NCBI GenBank assembly: GCA_964016885.1
Contig: OZ024740.1
Span: 434,248,001-434,312,000, forward strand
Direction of reading: 5' to 3'
DNA from: Eledone cirrhosa
Taxonomy: Eukaryota
DNA: 64,000 bases
In this document: positions 12,627-24,600 of the stretch, in pieces
How the letters are laid out: every line of letters begins with the position of its first letter
How positions within the stretch are numbered: position 1 is the first letter of the stretch
Program-made: the position numbers and the translations under genes
Notes under the pieces: generated by a model
Told to the model about the DNA's origin: nothing
Database searches by the model: none
What the model saw: only the letters and a program-made list of their open reading frames with translations

Positions 12627-15600
12627 CTGATGGTAGCTAAGATGCTTCTATAGGCGGTATGCCGGTTGAGCACTCTATGCTCTTACAGAGCAGAGTATGA
12701 TAGAATAGAAAACAAAAAATCAGTGATGCATCTGAACTCAATTTATTGTGTTACAGTTGTTTCACCGGTGGACAGCTCGAGACACGCATTGTGTGGATCT
12801 GTCTGATTCTGGACCCGCAGGTTTGATGGACACGTCTAATGATTTCAGAGCAAATTCTTTCACTGGGGTGTTAGCGTAAAAAACTTCATCCTCTTCGCGC
12901 GTCCTGTTATTGGCCGCTGGTTGTCTACGTCATCATAATTCTGACCACAGGTATCGCTCGGCTGACCATCAGCTGTCCCATGTCTGCCACACTTCAATGA
13001 ATTACTGCTGGGTTTGGTAGTTCACGCGTCCACGCGCGCATACACACACACACACAATCACATAGATAACGACAGTCGTACGCATAGACTCCCGCTATAC
13101 ACACACATTTAAGGAGAACATATAAACATACGCATACAGACACATGCCTATATATATCAACACACACACACACAGGCTCACATGCATGCAAACGCGTATA
13201 TATACCCGTACTCACAAACATGTACAGACATATACATTGGATGGATATATATATATATATCCATCCAATTCCATCCCACCCATCCCCTTAATCTATTTTA
13301 TTTCTCATTCTATCTTCTGATAAAGGACTAGCGTCCGAAACGTTAAGACCCTCTTCCTGCTATATCAAGCGTTAACCTAATATATACCTTCCATATACTG
13401 TACTGATTGTGTTATTTCTGTTTACCTTTTACATACATATATATGTATGTAAAACATGAACAGAAATAACAAAGCAAACAACACAGTACATTAAAAAATA
13501 TATTAGTTTAACATTTGAAATAACAGGAAAAGAGTCTTAATGTTTCGGACACTAGTCCTTTATCAGAAGAAAGAATGAGAAATAAAACATAAAATAGAAA
13601 TATAATTGTTTCTACTTTAGGCACAAGGCCAGCAATTACCCAGTGCATTACTAGTACTTTATTTTATCGACCCCGTAAGGATGAAAGGCAAAGTCAACCT
13701 CGGCGGGATTTGAACTCAGATCGTAAAGGGACGTAACTATGCTGGAAAGCATGGCGTCCGACCCTCTACCGATACTGCCAATCCAATATAATGAGAAAAA
13801 AACACGTGTGTCTATTCAATCATCCATTTTGGATTCATATATATATATATATCTTTGATATACATATATCTTTGATATATATATATCTTTGATATATATA
13901 TATCTTTGATATATATATATCTTTGATATATATATATCTTTGATATATATATATCTTTGATATACATATATCTTTGATATATATATATCTTTGATATATA
14001 TATATCTTTGATATATATATATCTTTGATATACATATATCTTTGATATATATATATCTTTGATATATATATATCTTTGATATATATATATCTTTGATATA
14101 TATATTTATATCTTTGATATATATATTTATATCTTTGATATATATATATATATATTTTTGATATATATATATATATATCTTTGATATATATATATATCTT
14201 TGATATATATATTTATATATCCAAAATGGCTGATTGAATAGACACGCATGTTTTTTTGGATGATGATGTGGTTGAGAGGAAGAGCGGCGTGCCACAGCTT
14301 GAGATTGGTGTGGAAGTCAGACCTTCGTAAAGACCTGAAGATCCATCTCTTCATTGCTGTAGTGGAGCCTGTGCTGCTGTATGGGTCTGAGACTTGGACA
14401 CTGACTAAGAAACTCACTCAGATGGTGGATGGGTGCTACACAAGAATGCTGAGGATGGCTCTGAACATTAATCAGTATACACTGAGGATGAAGAACTTAG
14501 AGTTGTATGGGAGCCTCCCAAAAGTCAGCTCGAAAGTAACACAGAGGAGACTGAGGTTAGCTGGACATACTCACCGACATTCAGAGTTGACACAGCACTC
14601 AGTGCTGCTGTGGGAGCCCCTGAATGGACACACTGGAAGAGGGAGACCGAGGTTACCAACAGTAATATTTACATTCTTGTATCAAGTTTGATACCTCAGC
14701 TCAAACCAACAGTAATATTTACATTCTAGTGTCAGGTTTGATACCTCAGCTCAAACCAACAGTAATATTTACATTCTAGTGTCAGGTTTGATACCTCAGC
14801 TCAAACCAACAGTAATATTTACATTCTTGTATCAAGTTTGATACCTCAGCTCAAACCAACAGTAATATTTACATTCTAGTGTCAGGTTTGATACCTCAGC
14901 TCAAACCAACAGTAATATTTACATTCTAGTGTCAGGTTTGATACCTCAGCTCAAACCAACAGTAATATTTACATTCTAGTGTCAGGTTTGATACCTCAGC
15001 TCAAACCAACCGTAATATTTACATTCTAGTGTCAGATTTGATACCTCAGCTCAAACTAACATTTCTTTTTCTTCTAGAATTCAACAGATGAAGCAACTAA
15101 TGCCTGTCATATCATGAAAACTATGGAGTCGTAAGTTTCTCATTGAATCTTTCTTAACTTTGCCTTTCATCCTTACGGGGTCAATAAAATAAAGTACCAG
15201 TAATGTACTGGGTAATTACTGGCCTTGTGCCAATAGTAGAAACAATTATTTGATTGAAGAGTGCTACTGATGTGTGTGTGGGGGGGGGGGGATTTGTAGT
15301 GGTAGTGGTATTGCTTGTAGTGGTGATGGTGGTGGTAGTGATGGTAGCAGCAGCAGTAATAATGGTGGTGGTATTGCTGGTGGTGGTGGTGGGAGGGTGA
15401 TAGTGGTGGTGATGGTGTCATCCTCATCACCATTCACCAGGCCAGCTTTGATCAAGCAGACATTCCAGCCATGACAATCCAGTCTTTTTAGACAATTTAT
15501 CTTATCCAAGATGTCTTCCATTTCTTTTAAAGAAAATATTAGTATGATTTAAAGGAGATTCGGCTACTGTTTCTAGCAGATCAAGCTATCATGTAGAGAT

Positions 15601-18600
15601 TTGGCTATTGTTTCTAGCATATCAACCTAACAATGTAGAGATTCCTCCTTTATCAGGCTGAACCCCTCAGGGTGGCTTAGTTGAAACAGTTAAGTGCTGA
15701 ATTAAATGTCTTGCAAGATTTCAAGTTCAAACCCTGCTACCAAAGTCAATAAAAATAAGTACTAGTAATATTCTGGTGTTAATCTTATTGATTATATACA
15801 TTTCTCCTATAAATTTGTAACACGTCTGGAAATCGGTATTGATTTCTCTTTAGATACATGGCCAGCAATTTTTCCACTTGATATATATTTCTGGTACACT
15901 TTATATTGTGTAAACCAAATGTTTTATGGCCATTTTTCCCTATTAAAACAGGGGTTAGTCTTGCTGGCTGTATAAGAGTCAGATCAGGCTCAAGGTTGAT
16001 ACTCCATCTTATAAGAGTCAGATCAGGTTCAAAGCTGATACTCCATCTTATGAGAGACAGATCAGGTTGAAGTTTCAAGAAAGTGATATAGAAAAAGAAT
16101 CAACCCAGTACTAGATTAGTACTTTATTTTTTTTATCAACCTTGAAAAAATAAAAGGCAAAGTTGACCTTGGCAAGTTTGAACTGAGACAGCAGAGAGCC
16201 TTAAATACCTCAAAGTATTCTATCCAACGTTCTAACGACTCTGACAATTGTCAAATTAGCTAATCATTGGATCATATCATTATAACTAATTGATTATAAT
16301 TGCAGTGGATTAGCAGTAATTGGTAGAGCGTCGGACACCATGTTTCATAGCATAGAGTTACGGCCCTTTATGTTCTGAGTTCAAATCCTGCCACGGTTAG
16401 CTTTCCTTTTCATCCTTACAGAGCTCGATAAAATAAAATACCTGTAATGCTCTGGGTTGATTTAATCGACTTTTTCCCACTCCAAAAATTGTTGGCCCTG
16501 TGCCTAAATCAGAAATCATTTTAACTGATTGGTTATCATTAGTACGAAAGGAAGGAACACTTGCACAACATGCTCCTGGAGTTGAGGGTTGTTCTATCTA
16601 CGGGGTATAAAACAACCCTGCAGTAATGCCTCCCCCCTCTTGGGGATTTCGATTGTTGAATTTGTTTGTTAAAAATTTTTTTTTTTACATGATTGTATGT
16701 AAAATCCCGGCATATATCTTTGTATTGTCCTCTTTTCTTGTGCACCCTTGTGGCAAATAAAGAAATATATCAGTAGTACCACCCACAAAAACATTAACTA
16801 TTCCCCTTACAAAGAATTTTGGTAAGCAACTTTTTTTTCTTGCTATCATTGTAACATTATTATCAATATATTTCAGGTACACATTTTATCTTCAAATCTA
16901 TGCCGTGTTTATGTTCTTCTGGTTAATTAACTTCGTATCAGCATTGGGTCAACTAACTTTGGCTGGAACATTTGCTTCTTATTACTGGGCCTTTGATAAA
17001 CCTGAAGATATTCCTAGCTTCCCTCTCTTTAAAGCATTTTGGAGATGTTTCCGGTAAGTATTCTACCAATTCTTAACCATTCCTCTCATTTGTGTCTATA
17101 AAAATCTCTCTCTCTTTCTCTCTACCTTTCATTCTCACTCACACTCTCTCTCTTCCACTTTCTCTCTCCCTCTTTCCCACTCTCCCTCTCTCTCTCTCCA
17201 CCCCCTCTCTCTCCGCTCTCGCTCTCTCTCTCCCTTCGTCTCTCCACCCCCTCCCCCTCAGTCACACCTGAATATCTGAAGGTGTCACTGATCGTATACT
17301 AAATTCTTCTTCCTCCTAATAACCATCATCATCATCATCATACTAATAACCACTGTTTCTAACATTGGTACAAAGCCAGCAATTTGTAGAGTAGGAGATA
17401 ATAAATTAAATTGACACCTAGTATATAGCTGGTACTTTACTCTATTGATCCTGCAAAGATGAAAGGCAGAGTTTACCTTGATTGGATTTGAACTGGGAAC
17501 ATAAAAAGCTGGAATAAATACTGCAAGGCACTAATGGTTCTGACATGATGATGATGATGATGATAATAATTGTTTCTACTTTTGGCACAAGACCAGCAAT
17601 TACCCAGTGTATTACTGGTACTTTATTTTATCAACCCTGTAAGGATGAAAGGCAAAGTTAACCTCGGCGGGATTTGAACTCAGACCGTAAAGGGACGTAA
17701 CTCTGCTGGAAAACATGGTGTCCAACCCTCTACCAATACTGCCAATTCACCGCCCTAATAATAATAATAATTCTTTGACTATTTAGCTACCAGATTTCTT
17801 CTTTTTTTTATAAATTAAACAGTTACCTTTCATACTTGAGTTGTATCTCGTCTAAGTTGTCATCATCATCATCTTTATTTTTACATCCGTTTTTCCAAAC
17901 TTGCATGGGTTGGATGGTACAGTATCTCTCCATTTACCGCATTCCTTAATCATCTCCTCTATGAGTGTCAGTGATTTGAGATCAGCTCTCACCACCTCTG
18001 CCCACGTCTTCCTTTGTCTACCTCTACTGCAGCTTCCTTCCACTGGCACTTCTTCACCCATCATTGTCTATGTCACATGTCCATACCAAAGCAGTCTTCT
18101 CTCCATACATTTATAAATTCTCTCCAATATTTCTAATAAAATATTTTACTCTAAATTGAACTTCTGTTTTAGATATCACTTGGGGTCGTTGGCGTTTGGT
18201 TCCCTGCTTATTGCTATTGTCCAGATGATTCGACTACTTTTGGAGTATCTTGACCACAAACTAAAGGACATTGAAAACCCACTTGCTAAATTTGTGCTGA
18301 AGTGAGTACAAGCAGTGTTGTTATTTTGTTTATTGTTGTTTAACCCTAGGTCAGTTCTGGTCAAGCTGACTTGTTGTTTAACCCCAGGTTAGTTCTGGTC
18401 AGCTGACTTGTTGTTTAACCCTAGGTCAGTTCTGGTCAAGCTCACTTGTTGTTTAACCCCAGGTCAGTTCTGGTCAAGCTGACTTGTTGTTTAACCCTAG
18501 GTCAGTTCTGGTCAAGCTGACTTGTTGTTTAACCCCAGGTCAGTTCTGGTCAAGCTGACTTGTTGTTTAACCCTAGGTCAGTTCTGGTCAAGCTGATTTG

Positions 18601-21600
18601 TTGTTTAACCCCAGGTCAGTTCTGGTCAAGCTGACCTGTTGTTTAACCCTAGGTCAAGCTGACCAATTATCAAAACTGTTTCCAATCATAAATAACCCTC
18701 ATTTTGTCTTATATATATAGGACTACTAGTACTACATTGTTCACTCTTTCTTTCCCTTTTTTAAGATAACAGGGTGTTGAGGAATTTTGACTACTATTTC
18801 TAGCAGATAAAATAACCCTATGGCGGCTCTCGTCACAGTTATTTAAGTTAGGCTCAAGTGTGTCTTTATTGTGGGTATCTCAAACTATTTCATATCAATG
18901 ACATCATTAACTAATTATGTATGTCAGTGTACATATGTATGTCAGTGTACATATGTATGTCAGTGTACATATGTGTGTCAGTGTACATATGTGTGTCAGT
19001 GTACATATATATGTCAGTATACATATATATGTCAGTGTACATATGTATGTCAGTGTACATATGTATGTCAGTGTACATATGTGTGTCAGTGTACATATGT
19101 ATGTCAGTGTACATATGTGTGTCAGTGTACATATGTGTGTCAGTGTACATATGTATGTCAGTGTATATATATATGTCAGTGTACATGTGTGTCGGTGTAC
19201 ATATATATGTCAGTGTACATATGTATGTCAGTGTACATATGTATGTCAGTGTACATATGTGTGTCTCTGTACACATGTATGTCAGTGTACATATGTATGT
19301 CAGTGTACACATATATGTCAGTGTACACATGTATGTCAGTGTGCATATGTGTGTCAGTGTACATATGTGTGTCTGTGTACATGTGTGTGTCAGTGTACAT
19401 ATGTATGTCAGTGTACATATGTATGTCAGTGTACATATGTATGTCAGTGTACATATATATGTCAGTGTACATATGTGTGTCAGTGTACATATGTATGTCA
19501 GTGTACATATGTATGTCAGTGTACATATGTGTGTCAGTGTACATATGTATGTCAGTGTACATATGTATGTCAGTGTACATATGTATGTCTGTGTACATAT
19601 GTGTGTCTGTGTACATATGTATGTCAGTGTACATATGTATGTCAGTGTACATATGTATGTCAGTGTACATATGTATGTCAGTGTACATATGTATGTCTGT
19701 GTACATATGTGTGTCAGTGTACATATGTGTGTCAGTGTACATATGTATGTCAGTGTACATATGTATGTCAGTGTACATATATATGTCAGTGTACATATGT
19801 GTGTCAGTGTACATATATATGTCAGTGTACACATGTATGTCAGTGTACATATGTATGTCAGTGTACATATGTATGTCAGTGTACATATGTGTGTCAGTGT
19901 ACATATGTGTGTCAGTGTACATATGTATGTTAGTGTACATATGTATGTCAGTGTACATATGTATGTCAGTGTACATATGTATGTCAGTGTACATATATAT
20001 GTCAGTGTACATATGTATGTCAGTGTACATATGTATGTCAGTGTACATATGTGTGTCAGTGTACATATGTGTGTCAGTGTACATATGTATGTTAGTGTAC
20101 ATATGTATGTCAGTGTACATATGTATGTCAGTGTACATATGTATGTCAGTGTACATATATATGTCAGTGTACATATGTATGTCAGTGTACATATGTATGT
20201 CAGTGTACATATGTGTGTCAGTGTACATATGTGTGTCAGTGTACATATGTATGTCAGTGTACATATGTATGTTAGTGTACATATGTATGTCAGTGTACAT
20301 ATGTATGTCAGTGTACATATGTATGTCAGTGTACATATATATGTCAGTGTACATATGTGTGTCAGTGTACATATGTATGTCTGTGTACATATGTGTGTCA
20401 GTGTACATAAGTATGTCAGTGTACATATGTATGTCAGTGTACATATGTATGTCAGTGTACATATGTGTGTCTGTGTACATATGTGTGTCAGTGTACATAT
20501 GTGTCAGTGTACATATGTATGTGTCTGTACATGTATGTAAGTATGTGTGTGTGTGCAATTGAACCATCTGTTTATGGCCCATAAGATATTCTGAGAATAT
20601 CCAGCCTTTATAACATGGCACAATTGTCTTTAGTAATATATAAAATCAGATCTTTACAACACCCTCACTAAATAATGTACTCCCTCCTCCTCTACATATT
20701 CTGCCACTCCTTTGCCCTTAAATAGGGTTAAATTCTGTGTACCATTTCTTTTTTATATGTATTTAAAATGTCAAATGTTCTCTAAATTTCTGTTCTAGAT
20801 GTATGAAATGCTGCTTCTGGTGTTTAGAAAAATTCTTGAAATTCTTAAACAAGAATGCTTACATAATGGTGAGTTTAGGCAACTTACTGTTGTTTATATT
20901 ATAGTTTCTCATGGGTTACTTTTGTTTCCCTCAACAATTCTATTAACCCTTTAGCATTTACATTACTCTATACCTCACATAATATCTCACATAGCATTTA
21001 CATTGCTCTATATATACTATTATATTTTCACAGTAATATAGATTTTACCAGATTTTGATATTATTTATATTGAGAACAATACCTTAACATAAGTATGAGT
21101 GGCTGGTTACAGCCGGTTTGGACAGAAAGAGATGAGATAAATCTGGCCAGATACAGCCAGTTTAAATACTAAAGGATTAATGTATTTTTAAGAATCTTAC
21201 ACCCAAAATACACCAGATTAAACTCTTTTTAATAGCTTACGCCATATTTTCTGTAATAAAAAAACAGTTCAATTTTGGAATTTCGCCTCCATCTTCTAAA
21301 CACCTGATTGTTTACTTTTTGTTCTTTAGACAAAAGAATTATTTAATAAATAAAATATTTAGTGAACCATTCTTATTTCATAACAGAATGGTAGCCTTTT
21401 ATAATAATAATAATGAAATTATTGTGTACAGTGCTCAGGTGCACTACAACTCATCAAAGGTGCATGTATAGTACATAGAATAATATACAGATGTCAGGGA
21501 AGTGAATAGTGTATGAGTCATGATATACACATGTGTGCGTGTGTATGGAGTGGGAATATCAGGTGTAGTGTTGGCGAATCTCAGGAAGCATGGAGGTTTT

Positions 21601-24600
21601 AAAGGATACAGTGTCTCGACAGCTAACAACTGATGCAGGTAGTTTGTTACATGGAGGTTTTAAAGGATGCAGTGTCTCGACAGCTAACAACGGATGCAGG
21701 TAGTTTGTTCCATGGAGGTTTTAAAGGATGCAGTGTCTCAACAGCTAACAACTGATGTAGGCAGTTTGTTCCATGGAGGTTTTCAAGGATGCAGTGTCTC
21801 GACATCTAACAACTGATGCAGGCAGTTTGTTCCATGGAGGTTTTAAAGGATGCAGTGTCTCGACAGCTAACAACTGATACAGGCAGTTTGTTCCATGGAG
21901 GTTTTAAAGGATGCAGTGTCTCGACAGCTAACAACTGATGCAGGTAGTTTGTTACATGGAGGTTTTAAAGGATGCAGTGTCTCGACAGCTAACAATTGAT
22001 GCAGGTAGTTTGTTCTATGGAGGTTTTAAAGGATGCAGTGTCTCGACTGCTAACAACTGGTGCAGGTAGTTTGTTCCATGGAGGTTTTAAAGGATGCAGT
22101 GTCTCGACAGCTAACAACTGATGCAGGTAGTTTGTTCTATGGAGGTTTTAAAGGATGCAGTGTCTCGACTGCTAACAACTGGTGCAGGTAGTTTGTTCCA
22201 TGGAGGTTTTAAAGGATGCAGTGTCTCGCCAGCTAACAACTGATGCAGGTAGTTTGTTCCATGGAGGTTTTAAAGGATGCAGTGTCTCGACAGCTAACAA
22301 CTGACGCAGGCAGTTTGTTCCATGCTTCAGCAAGGAAATGTTTCTAAAAGTGATGGAAGCTGTTTCTGCAAAACTAAATATCTTTACATATACTCTACAT
22401 ACACTACACTCTACATCTACATACACTACACTCTACATACACTACACTCTACACACACTGCACTCTACATACACTATACTCTACATACAATATACTCTAC
22501 ATACACTATACTCTACATACACTATACTCTACATACACTATACTCTACATACACTACACTCTACATACACTACACTCTACATACACTATACTCTACATAC
22601 ACTATACTCTACATACACTACACTCTACATACACTACACTCTACATACACTACACTCTACACACACTACACTCTACATACACTACACTCTACACACACTA
22701 CATTCTACACACACTACATTCTACACACACTACACTCAACACACACTACACTCTACATATCATACTCTTCTATATTTTAAACTTTCACATTTTCTTCAGT
22801 TCTTCTTCTTTTAATAATGTATTTTCTGGTTGAATATATCAAATGAGTTGTTTTCTCTCTTCTTTCCAGATCGCTGTTCATGGCAAAAACTTTTGTGCCT
22901 CTGCTAAAGATGCCTTCTTATTAATATTCCGAAATATTGCTAGGTTAGTATGAACTCTGTCTCTTTTGCTACTAAACTGCTTGAATCATCACTGCTTCTA
23001 TCATACAAAGCTGTTTCATCATTTTCCCTGATGTTCTCATTTATGTTTAGTACAGACCAATCAAATAGAATGTTCTTTGTCTTATTATTTTAGTTACATC
23101 TTAGTGATAATTTGATCCTTGCTGTGATAGGAAAATGATCTGAATCAAGTGGTAAGAAAGAGTTATAAGCTTCACAGTTCATTACACTATTTTTGCATTT
23201 ATTATTTATTAAAATGAGATCAAGTTAACTTAGGCACCATTTGGATATTTAAGTGGCAACAACTAGTTTTGTCTTCTATTTAACTTCCAAATCAGTCAGA
23301 TTACATTTATTTAAAAGATCCAACAATAATTCTCCACTTTTGTCTGTTTTCTCATGAAAACAAACCTTTAAGCTTGTCTTGTCCAATATTTGCATTAAAA
23401 TGTAAGTTAGGTTATATTTGGTCAGCTGAATGAGTTCATCAGAAAAAGACATTGACATTAGAATTTCCTAAATCTGGGCTGTAATGAATGGAAATGATAT
23501 TGAAGTCAGATCTATCCAGAAAAATCAAAATATCAAAGGAAAAATTGATTAAATCAACTCCAGTACATTACTGGTACTTTATTTTATCGACCCCATAAGG
23601 ATGAAAAGCAAAGTTAACCTCAACAGGATTTGAACTCAGAACATAAAGGACCATAACAATGTGCTGTGAAGCATGTTCTCCGATGCTCTTCTGATTACTG
23701 CCAATCTACTACCTTTACAGTTTTCTAATAGTATTCTTGTATATTTGCAGGACTGCCGTCATTGACAAATCAACCAGTTTTGTTCTTCTAATGAGTCAAC
23801 TTATGATTGTGTGCGCTGTTGGTATGTATTCTCACTTTCACTACTATTAGAAATATTGGAAAATATTATGAAATCTTTCATTACCATATTTCTCATAAAC
23901 TAGCTTGAGTGTTATATTTGGGGAAGGCTATGTTGTCCTAATATTGCCAGTAAAACACACTCACTGTTTGGTTTGGTTTTTTACTTTAGTTTCAGTGTAT
24001 GTATGTATATATATAAATATGTATATATATACATTTATATTTCCATAAATAATTTAGCTAGCCAACAGCTAAAAATATAATTTCTCAAAGTTCTTTTGTC
24101 ACACATTTCTGTGACATCTTCAGTGATTATCCATTTCAACACACGATTCATATCAAAACCCTTGCAAAACAAATACATTGAATGTGTTTCAGTTAATGTT
24201 GAAAATATTCCAAACTTTGGAGAATTTTAGTCAAATAACGTTTTCATTAAGTTGACGTTTGATGGTCCTGCAACTTCTAAGGGAGTCGTAGGGATGCTGT
24301 ATATCAATATGTCATTTCTAGGACATTTTTTAACCTGGCAGAGTCCATTCGCTGAGTACATGTTTGACCCTTTAGAGTTTACATTACTCTACATATACTA
24401 TTGTAGTTTTGTGTTAAAGGCTTTATCTCACATAATGTCGAATCTATGATATTTATTTTGAGAATACCTGAATATCAGTATGAGCAGCCATTTATGGCCA
24501 GTTTGAACAGGAAGAGGTGAGAAAATTCTGGTTGGATACGGCCGGGTTTAAATGCTAAAGGGTTAAATGTTAAATTTAACTAAACATATTAGTAAAACCA

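Noticed and set aside
18871-20621. Overlapping 300-560 aa ORFs on both strands
   Set aside because: 18-bp minisatellite open in several frames; no coding signal
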